In this document: piece after piece, positions 42,480-54,300 of the stretch
Position numbering within the stretch: position 1 is the stretch's first letter
Layout of the letters: every line of letters begins with the position of its first letter
NCBI GenBank assembly: GCA_019828565.1
Contig: JAHDYR010000053.1
Location: forward strand, 656,214-720,213
From: Carpediemonas membranifera BICM
Taxonomy: Eukaryota; Protista; Fornicata
Length of the DNA: 64,000 nt
Direction: 5' to 3'
Program-made: the position numbers and the translations under genes
The notes under the pieces: model-generated
Told to the model about the DNA's origin: nothing
The model's input: only the letters and a program-made list of their open reading frames with translations
Databases searched by the model: none

Positions 42480-45059
42480 TCACCGCCGCACGCTAGCAAG
42501 CATCGACCCACCAACAATGCTCTCACCAGGCTGCCCCATCATACTCTGCTGCCCCTTATTACCCTTCATACCGAGGGCCGAGGCCAAGCTATTGAGCCTC
42601 TTTCGTCCAACTATCCGCTGCAGCTTGGTGTTCCGGAACGAAGTGCCCCGGCTCTGCCCAGCGACCATCTTGGCGGCCTTCTTCGCTTCATCGTCAAGGG
42701 CCACGAGCTCAGCCCAATCAAGTGTTTTCCCGAACTCCTCAACGTCGTCAAACAGCTCTCCGAATTCACCAGCTGATATTGGCGCCATAAGTTGTGACCG
42801 GAGTCGAGTCGCTTGCTTGAGCAGCTCGTGGACGATGCGTACCGACTGGGGCGACTTATACGGGTCTAGCGAGCCCTCGAGCGAGCCCAGCCACACGGTA
42901 AACGCGTCGAAGGTCTGGTCGCCTTGTCTCAGAATCGACCGGTCGAGGAGGCGGTTGGCGATGCTGAGAATCTTCAGACGGGCCGGCTCCGTCTGGGCTT
43001 TGCGCCACAGTCGGCGAAGCTGGGTGATGGTCTCCTTGGTGACACTCTCGTTGAGTCTGCACGAGTGGTATAACCGCTCCATGTCCGACATCTCCTGATG
43101 GCGTTGTCCGCTGGTGAGGTTTTGTAGAACGCTGCTGAGATCCTTTGTGTGAGTGATCCACGGCGCCCTGTACATCGCCAGCGTCTGGTTGACCTCGATA
43201 CGTCTCCTGCCGATGTTACGGTCCATCTGTAGTGTGACGAACGCCTTTTCTGTGAACGGAGGTTGTCCGCTGAGCTGAGTGAGCAAGTCAACGATGCCCT
43301 GGGCCTCCTCGGTGTGGAAGGGGAACAGTCTGAACACCGAATCCTCCGTGAACAGCGATACGTAGCAGGGCTCGCCGTTATGCCCGAAGTTGGCAACAGA
43401 TCCAGCGACTTCCTGTGCTCCGACGAGGGCCGTGTCGGGCTCAAGCTGGGATGGGTGTATGGTGCCGAAAGTCCACTGAGTAACCTCGGGATACCTAACC
43501 ACCAGCTGGGCGTCGAAGTCCTCGACCCGCTCATCGGTCATCAGCGTGACCAAAGGTGTCCAAACGATCTCAGCGCGCATGATACGGAGCACACCTGGCA
43601 CTCTGGCGGTCATGACTTCCTCATCGACACCAGGATCGGTCGACCCGACGCCCACCATACGCCTGATGTTCGGGTCAAGCTGGAACCAGATGTCGTCGAC
43701 GAGACATAGCACCTTGTTAGTCGTGTCGGTAGGCAGGTACTCGAACACCTCCGTGCGCGGCTTGGAGAGCGTTGTAACCACATCCTCGATGGCCGCAGTG
43801 GTTGCCACCTCGCTCTGCTGAGGCCGGTGCGTGTTGAAGTTCGCGGTGGGGTCTGGAACCATCTCAGGATCGGGCACATGGTCCGCGGGCTTGATGGTCG
43901 TCGAGACCAACGAGTCCTTAGGCACAAAGCTGAAGAGATCGATGGCATCCACCGTGGAAGAGGCAGTGCCGCTGCGAAGAAGCGCCTTAAGGTTGACGAG
44001 ATCCTTCCAGTAGGGCGACGCGATGCCGGACTTCTCACGCTCACGCTCGCATTGTCTCAGAATCGTATCTACGTTGGTCGAGAGCGTATCTATCAATCTC
44101 CATGCAGGAGGGTGAGATCTGATCATGCGTTGCAAGAATGGAAGCCACCATGTAACCTTACGTGTTTTGTCAGCGACACTGTGGTTGGGGAAGATCAGGA
44201 GATACAACCGCTTGATCAACATCAGATATATATCGGTTCTTGTGTATGTATCAGCTATGCGGGATTGCAGCCGGTCAATGTCAAGGGGGTCAGGTTCAGT
44301 GAAGGGCAGCACGTCGATCACTCGCCACACCTTATAATGCTCGCTGACTGGCGCCGAGAGGACCATTCTGAAACGTCTGCGGGCAAGCCATGAGCGAGTG
44401 GATGCCAGGAGGAGGGGCACCATGTCCTGTGTGGGTTGGTAGGAGAGGAGCTCGTAGCCGTAGCCCTGGGCCTGTTGCGAGAGGTCATCTCTTGCAAGGA
44501 TTGCCTTCGCGTTGGAGAAGATACGGATTCGAGCGATCGATGCTTCGTCAGCGACCAGCCAGTCGTCTCTGTCGATGATATCTACCATCCACCGACACAT
44601 GTTCTCTACAAAGGTGTTGAGGTGCTCAGTTGGGATGTCCTTCTCGAGTTCGCTCGATAATAGCTGGGCCCAGGCATCAAAAACGTCGACAGCGGGGCGG
44701 GTGCCGGCAATAGCGCTGAAGCTCGGCAGACGCTGGTCGGGCTTGTAGTTGGTGAACTTCGCGAACTCGCTAACGAGGGGGTTTCGCTTCTCATCGACGC
44801 GGCTGCTTTCTTGGGCAAGGATGCGCTGTTCTTCTGCGTCATTTGTGATGACGAAGTCGCATTCTTCAAGGTATGAGAGTGAATCGTCGACGAAGCCGCG
44901 GAGTTCCGCGACGGAGTAGCCCTGTTCGTTGTACAGGCGCTCAAAGAACTCACTGAACAGCGCCATCGGCTCCTCCACGAAGAATTCAAAGATCTCATCC
45001 AGTTTTCGTTTCTGGACGTTCATGCCCGTTACATCCAGGTTGAGAATAGGAACAGGCAT
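42480..45059 (-). CDS. Large hypothetical protein (possible IQ-like motif)
   Basis: 859-aa ATG ORF. TRSWLARRRF resembles the second half of an IQ motif; nothing else recognised. Confidence 0.75.
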   Translation of the reverse strand: MPVPILNLDVTGMNVQKRKLDEIFEFFVEEPMALFSEFFERLYNEQGYSVAELRGFVDDSLSYLEECDFVITNDAEEQRILAQESSRVDEKRNPLVSEFAKFTNYKPDQRLPSFSAIAGTRPAVDVFDAWAQLLSSELEKDIPTEHLNTFVENMCRWMVDIIDRDDWLVADEASIARIRIFSNAKAILARDDLSQQAQGYGYELLSYQPTQDMVPLLLASTRSWLARRRFRMVLSAPVSEHYKVWRVIDVLPFTEPDPLDIDRLQSRIADTYTRTDIYLMLIKRLYLLIFPNHSVADKTRKVTWWLPFLQRMIRSHPPAWRLIDTLSTNVDTILRQCEREREKSGIASPYWKDLVNLKALLRSGTASSTVDAIDLFSFVPKDSLVSTTIKPADHVPDPEMVPDPTANFNTHRPQQSEVATTAAIEDVVTTLSKPRTEVFEYLPTDTTNKVLCLVDDIWFQLDPNIRRMVGVGSTDPGVDEEVMTARVPGVLRIMRAEIVWTPLVTLMTDERVEDFDAQLVVRYPEVTQWTFGTIHPSQLEPDTALVGAQEVAGSVANFGHNGEPCYVSLFTEDSVFRLFPFHTEEAQGIVDLLTQLSGQPPFTEKAFVTLQMDRNIGRRRIEVNQTLAMYRAPWITHTKDLSSVLQNLTSGQRHQEMSDMERLYHSCRLNESVTKETITQLRRLWRKAQTEPARLKILSIANRLLDRSILRQGDQTFDAFTVWLGSLEGSLDPYKSPQSVRIVHELLKQATRLRSQLMAPISAGEFGELFDDVEEFGKTLDWAELVALDDEAKKAAKMVAGQSRGTSFRNTKLQRIVGRKRLNSLASALGMKGNKGQQSMMGQPGESIVGGSMLASVRR

Positions 45060-45234
45060 GGTGAACGTCGTGATTCTTAAAATGCCGAAACCACAAATAT
45101 ACGGCTGACAGCCGCTTGTGGTCGCATTGCAACACTCTTCCGGCTGACTAGGCTAACCCAGCGCACATGAGCCCCAGTAATTTTGACGACATCATTTTTT
45201 TGACCATACAAAACGACAGAACCACAGCCAGACA

Positions 45235-46146
45235 ATGAGCAGCATTGATGAAGGCATTGAGAGGCTATATGGCGGTAATTATCTCGACGAAAAGCTAGTT
45301 ACTACGATTTGTGAGCGCGCGAAGGAGCTTCTTACCTCTGAACAGAACGTCGTACACGTACACAGCCCAATCACCGTCGTCGGTGATATTCACGGGCAAT
45401 TTCATGATCTAATGGAGCTTTTCCGCTACTGTGGCAAGGCGCCTGACACCAACTTCCTTTTCCTCGGAGACTATGTCGACCGCGGCTACTATTCCGTCGA
45501 ATGCGCGACAATCTTGCTCACGCTGAAGGTGCGCTACCCAGGTCGTCTCACCCTCCTCCGCGGCAACCACGAGTCACGCCAGATCACCCAAGTCTACGGC
45601 TTTTACGACGAGTGCGTCCGTAAGTATGGCTCAGTTGTCATTTGGAAGATGCTCACCGAGCTCTTCGATTTCCTCCCTCTAGCAGCTCTAATTGAGAATC
45701 AGATCCTGTGCCTCCACGGCGGCCTCTCCCCCGCCATCGAGACGATCGACAACATCCGCACCCTCGACCGCGTCCAAGAAATCCCACACGAGGGACCGAT
45801 TTGTGATCTCGTGTGGTCGGATCCGGACGACCGGTCGGGCTGGGGCATCTCTCCCCGCGGGGCCGGATATACATTCGGTGCGGATGTCTCCCAGACTTTC
45901 AACCGTGTGAACCAGCTGAGTCTCATCGCCCGCGCCCATCAGCTGACCATGGAAGGGTACGCCTGGGCCCACGACAGGAACGTCGTCACCATCTTCAGTG
46001 CCCCGAACTATTGCTACCGCTGCGGCAACCTTGCCGCTATCCTGGAGCTCGGCGAGAACCTGCAATACACGTTCCTCCAGTTCGACCCCGCGCCGAGGAG
46101 GGGAGAGCCTCAGGTGGCTCGTCAGGTGCCCGACTACTTCGTGTAG
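45235..46146 (+). CDS. Ser/Thr phosphatase PP2A catalytic subunit (PP2A/PP4/PP6 group)
   Basis: [29 protein letters not shown] and [13 protein letters not shown]...PDYF. Confidence 0.95.
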   Translation: MSSIDEGIERLYGGNYLDEKLVTTICERAKELLTSEQNVVHVHSPITVVGDIHGQFHDLMELFRYCGKAPDTNFLFLGDYVDRGYYSVECATILLTLKVRYPGRLTLLRGNHESRQITQVYGFYDECVRKYGSVVIWKMLTELFDFLPLAALIENQILCLHGGLSPAIETIDNIRTLDRVQEIPHEGPICDLVWSDPDDRSGWGISPRGAGYTFGADVSQTFNRVNQLSLIARAHQLTMEGYAWAHDRNVVTIFSAPNYCYRCGNLAAILELGENLQYTFLQFDPAPRRGEPQVARQVPDYFV

Positions 46147-46647
46147 GGGCCAGCATGCTAAATGTGACATATTCGTGTTCTGGTCTTGGTTGGGCATCGC
46201 CGACATGTCTAGTTCCGTTCTAACGATTGGAAGGTGTAGCTGCCTCGAATATAGTATGCTAACAGTGCATGTGCCGTAATACTGTTCGTATCTGGTCGTC
46301 TTTGTTTGTGGCAAGCGACTATCTCCAATCTACTCGAGATTTTGGTGACATCAGAAAAAAAATAAAGGCCCTATACACATTCTGCAATGCTCATTGGGCG
46401 GTATGCCCCTCTGATTACAGTGAGCGTGGGTCATGCAAGAATTTTGGACACTTTTTCATGCCAGAATTTTCCGCACTTCCACAAACAAGAAGCAAATGTT
46501 TGTAACCATTTGTCCCCACGCTCTGAAAACTCCGTCAGCGTAGTTTTTAGCTACTCTAAGCATATTGGCAAGTTTTTTCGCTTGGCTTTGCTCATCGGCA
46601 GTATCAGAGTTCCAGACCAGTCCGAAGAAAATCATTACACAGTCAAA

Positions 46648-48000
46648 ATGCGTGAATGCATCTCTATCCACATTGGTCAGGCCGGTGTCCAGATCGGTAA
46701 CTCCTGCTGGGAGCTCTACTGCCTCGAGCACGGCATCCAGCCCGACGGCCAGATGCCCTCTGACAAGACCATCGGTGGCGGTGACGACGCCTTCAACACG
46801 TTCTTCTCTGAGACTGGTGCCGGCAAGCACGTTCCCCGCGCCGTCTTCGTCGATCTCGAGCCCACCGTTGTCGATGAGGTCCGCTCTGGCGTCTACCGCC
46901 AGCTGTTCCACCCCGAGCAGCTCATCTCCGGCAAGGAGGATGCTGCCAACAACTACGCTCGTGGCCACTACACCATCGGCAAGGAGCTCGTCGACCTCGT
47001 CCTCGACCGTATCCGCAAGCTTGCTGACAACTGCACTGGCCTCCAGGGCTTCCTGATCTTCCACTCCTTCGGTGGTGGCACTGGCTCTGGCTTCGGCTCC
47101 CTCCTCCTCGAGCGCCTCTCTGTCGACTACGGCAAGAAGTCCAAGCTCGAGTTCGCTGTCTACCCCTCCCCCCAGGTCGCTACCGCTGTTGTCGAGCCCT
47201 ACAACACCGTCCTCGCCGCTCACTCCATGCTCGAGCACTCTGACTGCGCCTTCATGGTTGACAACGAGGCCATGTACGACATCTGCCGCCGCAACCTCGA
47301 CATCGATCGCCCCACCTACACCAACCTCAACCGCCTGATCGCCCAGTGCATCTCCTCGATCACCGCCTCCCTCCGTTTCGACGGTGCCCTCAACGTTGAT
47401 CTCACTGAGTTCCAGACCAACCTTGTCCCCTACCCCCGTATCCACTTCCCCCTCTGCTCCTACAGCCCCATCATCTCTGCTGAGAAGGCCTACCACGAGC
47501 AGCTCTCCGTTGCCGAGCTCACCAACGCTGTCTTCGAGCCCGCTAACTCCATGGTCAAGTGCGATCCCCGCCATGGCAAGTACATGGCCTGCTGCATGAT
47601 GTACCGCGGTGATGTCGTCCCCAAGGACGTCAACGCCTCCATCGCTACCATCAAGACCAAGCGCACCATCCAGTTCGTTGACTGGTGCCCCACTGGCTTC
47701 AAGGTTGGCATCAACTACCAGCCTCCCACCGTCGTCCCCGGCGGCGACCTCGCCAAGGTCCAGCGCTCTTGCCTGATGATCTCCAACACCACCGCCATCG
47801 CTGAGGTCTGGTCCCGCATGGACCACAAGTTCGACCTCATGTACGCCAAGCGTGCCTTCGTCCACTGGTACGTCGGTGAGGGTATGGAGGAGGGTGAGTT
47901 CTCTGAGGCCCGTGAGGATATCGCTGCCCTCGAGAAGGATTACGAGGAGATCGGCGCCGACACTGCCGAGGAGGAGCAGGAGGAGGAGTTCGAGTACTAA
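46648..48000 (+). CDS. Alpha-tubulin
   Basis: MRECISIH start at 46648, GGGTGSG, K40 in SDKTIGG and C-terminal EEFEY. Confidence 0.99.
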   Translation: MRECISIHIGQAGVQIGNSCWELYCLEHGIQPDGQMPSDKTIGGGDDAFNTFFSETGAGKHVPRAVFVDLEPTVVDEVRSGVYRQLFHPEQLISGKEDAANNYARGHYTIGKELVDLVLDRIRKLADNCTGLQGFLIFHSFGGGTGSGFGSLLLERLSVDYGKKSKLEFAVYPSPQVATAVVEPYNTVLAAHSMLEHSDCAFMVDNEAMYDICRRNLDIDRPTYTNLNRLIAQCISSITASLRFDGALNVDLTEFQTNLVPYPRIHFPLCSYSPIISAEKAYHEQLSVAELTNAVFEPANSMVKCDPRHGKYMACCMMYRGDVVPKDVNASIATIKTKRTIQFVDWCPTGFKVGINYQPPTVVPGGDLAKVQRSCLMISNTTAIAEVWSRMDHKFDLMYAKRAFVHWYVGEGMEEGEFSEAREDIAALEKDYEEIGADTAEEEQEEEFEY

Positions 48001-48217
48001 GCGAATAAACCTTGCTTCTTTGTCTAGCTTTCCTGTTGTCGTTTATTGCTCGTGCCAGTGATCCCGAGGGGCCGAGACGTCTCAGTTCGTTGGACCGCAC
48101 AGTCACTCGAGTCACCACATCAGTTGACCACACCAGTATAATGCCCTCAGCGGAACACATGGTTCACACTGTACCGCTTGTGCCTGCCACCCCAACATGA
48201 CTGGTAACAACAGTCGT

Positions 48218-51160
48218 TTAATCGTCGTTCTCCTCCCGGAAGTTAATAAACATGCGGCAGTTCCTTGCCCCGCAGTGGCACCGCACACGCTCCTTTGCTG
48301 ACACATAGGGCAGTTTGTAATCATACGTGATCTCCTCACCCGGCTCAATATCCCTCTTCGCCTTAATGTAAATCGTGCGCGTGGCCGTATTAGAGCTAGC
48401 TACGCAGTTGGGGTCGCAGCAATGGTTGATAAACCTCGCGTAGTTGCCCCTCTCAGTCGCGTCGATCGTGTGGTACCCAACTCTGAAGAGATAAGTGCTC
48501 ATATTCAGGTCTACATAGTGCTGATCGCGTTTCTCCGTCATCACATTGCCCTCGAGGATCTCGCCAACATACTCCACTATCGGGTCGTCCTGCCGGATCG
48601 GCTCGGTCGCGAAGAGACCCCAATCGTGGATTGGGGACCTGCCGTACGCCACCTTGGCGTGTGGGGCAGCGGCTTCGATGCCGGGGGCGTCGCGTTGGAT
48701 GCCGCGGGTGGCTCTTACCATACTGCTGCCGGCCACAGCGACCGAGGGTTTCCTCATCGCCCGCTGGCCGCCAAAGAACTTCTGTCGCCATGCCCACTGG
48801 GTCGCCATCTCCCGCCGCTGCTCCTCGAACACCATCTTGAGCTCCGCACTCTGTCCCGCTGAATCCACGGCGTCGTCGAGGTGGTCCTGGTATGTCTTGA
48901 AGGTTTTCGCCCGGAATGACCCCCTGTCGCCGGGAATGCCGAAGGACTGGACCATCATTGGGGCTACGTCGTCTTCCCCAAATCCGTTGTGCTCGTAGTC
49001 TTGGTTGTCACTCGCAAACCAGCCAGTTGCGGCGGTCCGGAAGAATTTCCAGTCATCCGGGGTCAAGTCGTCGACCGTCAGCAGAGTCCCAGCCTCCATT
49101 AGCCGCTTAAATGCCCGGTACTTCAGGTTAATGGCCATGCAGCCGTCCTCTTGCTCCCTTTTCTTGCCCGTCTTGAATGAGTGGTTGAGGCGGGTTATGA
49201 TCAGTGACCACGCCTCCGCCTTGGCCCGTCTGGCTTCACTGGCATTGGACCTCCCGTCAGTCGCCTTGGAGAATGCAGCGGCGAGGTTGTTCCTGTATGT
49301 CCCGTTGCATTCATTCGTGTCCATGTAAGCAATAACGGACCAGCTGCGGCAGGGACGAGAAAAGGCGTAGCCAGGCAGCTTCTGGTTGAAGTTGTAGCAT
49401 GTTACTGGGGGCGGAAGGTCGTCCAGCTTGAAGCTAGCCTCCCTGTAGCTGGAGTGGGACGGCTCACGTTGGGCCAGCACCTTTTGGATGACTTCTCTCG
49501 GGTCGGTGTCGACAGTGAACCGGGCCACGGTCTCGCTGCCTGCGTGCTCCTGGGCGGCCTGCTGCATGGAAGCGGCCTGGGCCTCGGCCTTAGCTCGTGT
49601 GGCAGCCCTCGCCGCGTCTCTCACCTCTTGCTCTGCCTTACGCGCCGCCTGCTCTGCCAGCATCGCTTCCCGCCTCTTCTGCTCATGTGCCATGCGGATC
49701 CTCTGGTCCTCTTCTTCCAGCCTGCGCGTCTCCTCCTCTAGCTTGCGGCGCATCTCCTCCGCCTCGTTCTCCTGCTCTTTCCGGGCCAGATCCTCCTCTT
49801 CCTTTCTCTTCATCATCAAGGCCATCTGTTCCTGCTGACGAGCCCGCATATCCTTCTTGATCATCTCCCGGATGACGTCGAGCTGATCCAGCGAACATGT
49901 CGGGAGTTCAGGCACAGAAGGAGGGCGGGAGGATAGAAAGTCGGGCTTCACCCACTGAAACAACCACTCGTTGCTTGAAAGCGGCAGGATAAAACTCGGG
50001 TCGGCCTGTTTTGTGTGGGTGGCAATCACGCCACATAAATTGTCGATGTGCCGCGTCACGTGGGAAACGTTGAGGAGCAACCCGTTAAGAGTTAGGGCCA
50101 TCGCCATGTCCTCGAGGCTGGGGAAGCCGACCGCTGGCACCGTGTGGCCTTGGATAGTTGTGACGCGTGTGATGGAGTGCGGAAAGACGCGGATACCAAC
50201 GCGGTCGAGGAGATACGCGATGTAAGGGTCCATGGAGTCTGGGCAGTGACGTATCAGCATGTGGAGGGGGAACCGGCGTCTGTATGCGGCATAATCTGGC
50301 TCAACAGGGAGCGGTCGGGCGTACAGCGGGGCGTTATCCCTATCGAACTGCGGACGACTCCATTCCTTCGGGATGATAGGGAATGCGATTGAATCGTATC
50401 TATCTAGCAGCTGGCGGTCCGCATTCAGCAGTATCTGGATGATTTCATACGCCTGCCACCACTTGATGGGTTTCTTCTCCCGCGGTGTTACAATCGGCGG
50501 CGGGTCTGCCTCAGTCGTGGCCACGGCAACAAGAGGGTCTCGCTGGAAGGATGGGTCGCCTGCGGTGGTCGTGATGAAGACGAAATAAGGCCGGCCAGAT
50601 GCGTCGTAGAGTCTGTGCATCTCTTCCTCGAGGTGGTTGTAAATTGACTCGGGGCTGGATGTGTACTGTGTCGGCATGATGAACCAAACATGCTCCATGA
50701 TCAAGGCCCGCTTCAGAGAGAAGAAACGCTCCCGTTCGGGCTCCTTCTTTGCTGCATCCAGTACAGGGTACAGCGGTGGTGAGGGACGGTCGTAGCGCAT
50801 GGATGGTGCGCGCATGGTGCCTGTATATTCTTTGAATATGTTGTTGATGTCCGCCATGGTGAGGGGTGGGGGCTCTGGGGCGAAGACGGCGTCGAAGTCA
50901 ATCTCGTCCTCGTCGTTCTCTTCGTCAGTCTGGGTATCGGTGACAGTGAGCTCCGTGTAGTTCTCCCTATCCACGCTTCCTATGCTGATGAACCATTGCC
51001 CCTTCTGCGAGTCCGAAACGGGGAGAGCAGCAGGAAGAAGCTTCTGGTTCTCTGGGAGGAGTCTGGGATCTTCTGACTCACTGAAGATGGCTGAATTCTT
51101 CTGTAACCACGCTTGGTAAAGCGGCTGTGCTCCTTCTGGCAAGCATTGAACCTGTCCCAT
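48218..51160 (-). CDS. SET1: SET1-like histone H3K4 methyltransferase
   Basis: SPIHDWGLFA, EYVGE, YLFR...IDAT..GNYARFINHCCDPNC, GEEITYDYK and post-SET CHCGARNC. Start uncertain. Confidence 0.85.
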   Translation of the reverse strand: MGQVQCLPEGAQPLYQAWLQKNSAIFSESEDPRLLPENQKLLPAALPVSDSQKGQWFISIGSVDRENYTELTVTDTQTDEENDEDEIDFDAVFAPEPPPLTMADINNIFKEYTGTMRAPSMRYDRPSPPLYPVLDAAKKEPERERFFSLKRALIMEHVWFIMPTQYTSSPESIYNHLEEEMHRLYDASGRPYFVFITTTAGDPSFQRDPLVAVATTEADPPPIVTPREKKPIKWWQAYEIIQILLNADRQLLDRYDSIAFPIIPKEWSRPQFDRDNAPLYARPLPVEPDYAAYRRRFPLHMLIRHCPDSMDPYIAYLLDRVGIRVFPHSITRVTTIQGHTVPAVGFPSLEDMAMALTLNGLLLNVSHVTRHIDNLCGVIATHTKQADPSFILPLSSNEWLFQWVKPDFLSSRPPSVPELPTCSLDQLDVIREMIKKDMRARQQEQMALMMKRKEEEDLARKEQENEAEEMRRKLEEETRRLEEEDQRIRMAHEQKRREAMLAEQAARKAEQEVRDAARAATRAKAEAQAASMQQAAQEHAGSETVARFTVDTDPREVIQKVLAQREPSHSSYREASFKLDDLPPPVTCYNFNQKLPGYAFSRPCRSWSVIAYMDTNECNGTYRNNLAAAFSKATDGRSNASEARRAKAEAWSLIITRLNHSFKTGKKREQEDGCMAINLKYRAFKRLMEAGTLLTVDDLTPDDWKFFRTAATGWFASDNQDYEHNGFGEDDVAPMMVQSFGIPGDRGSFRAKTFKTYQDHLDDAVDSAGQSAELKMVFEEQRREMATQWAWRQKFFGGQRAMRKPSVAVAGSSMVRATRGIQRDAPGIEAAAPHAKVAYGRSPIHDWGLFATEPIRQDDPIVEYVGEILEGNVMTEKRDQHYVDLNMSTYLFRVGYHTIDATERGNYARFINHCCDPNCVASSNTATRTIYIKAKRDIEPGEEITYDYKLPYVSAKERVRCHCGARNCRMFINFREENDD

Positions 51161-51351
51161 CTCGCGCGCGCAAACCACCCGCAGATTATGAATTAGGATT
51201 ATGTAATCGCTGCAATGCCGAAAAAGGAGTCTACTAAGGGCCGTGTAGGACCGTGCAGCAGCATTGGGGAGCCCTGCTGGCCTCGAGGGGGTGTCAATCA
51301 AAATTTGGTTTTGATGCGCGAAAATCGAAGCTTCGGCTACTATTGGCGTGA

Positions 51352-54300
51352 ATGGGCTGTCAGAGCTTGTTTAAACGACTGAACATGCTGAGCGATAAGC
51401 CAGATTGCTCAGTTTTCCCACCTCGCCGCAATATCAGCGAGCTATACCACATTGACAGCAGCATTAAGCGGAACTCCCTCAGCCTGAAGGGCAAGATCTC
51501 GGAAATGCGCTTTTCCGGCCCAAAGAACCCATGGATAGAGAGTAACGGGCTCAAGGGGCGTTATCTCTACATCCAGCTTGCCCCGGACCTTTCACGCCTC
51601 GGCCCGAAGCCGCATTTCTCTCTCTTCGTCTACCTGAATGTCAAGGGCTCAGCGTCAATATGCCTACGCATCTCCAACCTCTACCAGTCCGCCTCACACG
51701 ATACACGTCAGCACGTCAGCATTGTCCCTGTTACGCTTGACAAATGGGCCACCATCGTTGTAGACCTCCATGAACTGGTGACCGGAGTCCACGGGAGAGA
51801 CGCACACCTGTCGGTACGTCAAGTGCACATCAACTCGTCATGCGCGGTTCACGACGTAATCACTTCCGACGAACTTTATGACCCCGATCGTATGCCGACT
51901 GAGCTGTGGCTCCCCAGGCCCGCAGGGATGGCATACAGCGCGCTGTTTGACTGGATCGTGGTCGACACGACGACCCGGCCAGTCATCGTGAAGTCGACCC
52001 CGCGGACAGTCAAGCGTGGGACGAAGAAGACGGCGCCAACTCCAAAGCAGACGACGCCTCCGGCGACTGTTCCATCACCCGCTGATTCCACACCCGAGAT
52101 TGTGCCTGCTGTAACTGAGCCAACGACACGCCCCAAGTCGGCGAGAGCCAAGGGCAGCAGACCGAAGTCTGCGCCGGCTGTGGGCAACGATGCGGATACA
52201 CAAACCACCCCCATGATCGCCCAAACACCACAGATCGCCCAGCACTCGTCTAAACCCCACCCTAAATCCAGCAGGAAGCCCGCAAAGAAGTCACCATCCG
52301 GCCTGACACCGCTGCTCAACGCACTGCCTGTGGCACCGACATCACCGCCCCCGCCCCCGGCCGCTGTTCCCTCCCCCTTTGGCCAGACTGCCGTACTCGG
52401 TCAGGCCGGGAATAGTGCAGTTTTTGACTCAACCGGCCGCACGCTAATTTTCCCAGCCGGCGACAGGCTAGCTGTCCTGGCCCTTGATGACATGACTCAG
52501 CCCCGCAAGCTGCTCGAGGCCCACGGCGCGGCTGTCATTGGCCTTGGGTCGGCCGTTCATAGGGACCTGGTGGCCTCTGTCGACTCGTGCATGACCCTAC
52601 GACTCTGGAACATGGAGCTGTGCGCCTGTGTGGCTAAGGTTCAGCTGCCCGGCTTCCCCTCCCGCCAGCCCCGGGCAGTGATCGCGGTATCCGACTTTGG
52701 CGAGGCCGTCCTGGTAAGCGGCCGGGATTCACAGGGCAGGATGAGGACAGTGCTCATTGGCACTGCCCTGCTCGTTGCTAAGACCCCAGCCCACACCGTG
52801 TCTGGCCTCGTGCTGCCCCTGGCCACTCCCGTGTCTCTGCCGGTGACCACCCTTGATATGAGACGGGTCAACAAGGCTGAGGTCGGGCTGACCTGCCCGA
52901 TACTGCCTGCTGAGAACCCGGAGACCACCGCTGAGGCTGACCAGGTCTCTCCGGTGTTCTTGAGGGCCACAGACGTCTGCAGTGACCTAGAAGAGCCGAA
53001 GAGCATCTCTTTCCTGCCGACATCTAATGACAAGTTCGTCATCGCCCAATCGAACGCGATCAGATTCTGTCGCCACCATATGGGGAATATTCGGCATATC
53101 AACTTCCCCATGACCGGTGTGACCGGCGTTGCAGTCAGTCGAGTCAACACGGACGCGATACACGTGGCCACAACAACAGGTCTGACCGATATTTCAATAT
53201 CCGACCGCTCAATCCACCCCTTCCGCGGCGAACCGCTCGATGCCGTTGTCACCACGTCCACAAACTTGGTCACAGTCTCATCAGCGGGTGTGCTGTGTGC
53301 CCACGACCGTTTCTCAGTCGAGCTCGGCCCCGTCGTCTTCATCGCCGCCTCGCCCCTTGACACCCACGTCGTGACGGTCGGCGTTGACAGCACTGTCACA
53401 CTGGTCTGCCTTGACACACACGCCTCGACTAGTCTAGTGCGGTCCCATACGAAGCCCGTGTCGGACGCCTGTACGGTTGTGACATCGTCAATGTTTGTCA
53501 CGTGTGGCCTCGACCGGTCGGTCAGGCTTTGGGACAGTGACACACTGCAGCAGCGCGTGGAGTTCTCCTTCGGCGATGAGACCACGACAGTATCGTTGTT
53601 CGGTGAATACATACTCTCGGCAAACGGCACGAAGCTCAACATCCTGTCCCCAGAGACACTGGGCGCGCTCCATTCGCTCGAGCTGTTGAGCTCTGTCGCA
53701 TCAATCACACCTGATCTCGAGCACGCCAGAGTGTACGTCGCCACCGCTGACGAGACCGTCGCGGCCATCGCCTTTGATCACGGCGAACCCGCCGTTGCTA
53801 AGTTGACTAAGCACGTTATCTCGCCCCAATGCAAGCGCTGGGGCATCACAACCGGCCCCGGCGCCATCGTCACCATCGCACCCTCCCACGCCCTCCTATG
53901 CGTGATGGCTCGCCCCAGCCTTGCTGTCCAGCACGTTATCAAGCTGAGCAAGGAATACTTGGCGGTCGCGGTTGCTTTCTGCGGTAGGGACACCGTTGCC
54001 GCATTAGTGCACAAGGGAAACGACAAGAATTTCTCCATCCACATCTATTCCATATCTACCGGTCACCGTGTATCCTCACAGCCGCTCGGCCTGCTGGCGG
54101 GCTACCCCGAGGAGGTTTTCCGCTACTACACGGGCGAACATCCCATGCCGCCCCTGCTGGTGTCCCCGGACAACAGCCTTGTCTTCGCCCCAGGCCCTGC
54201 CATCGGAAGTCTCTGGGTCGTTGATGTTTCCGGACAACTACAGCCGACTCCGGTGACTCTGTGTGGGTCGACTATTTCCGGCATGGCATTCCAACTCAAC

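Noticed and set aside
46456-47865. 469-aa antisense ORF over alpha-tubulin, and the 87-aa N-terminal extension from 46387
   Set aside because: The antisense ORF is a codon-bias shadow; the true start is the canonical MREC at 46648.
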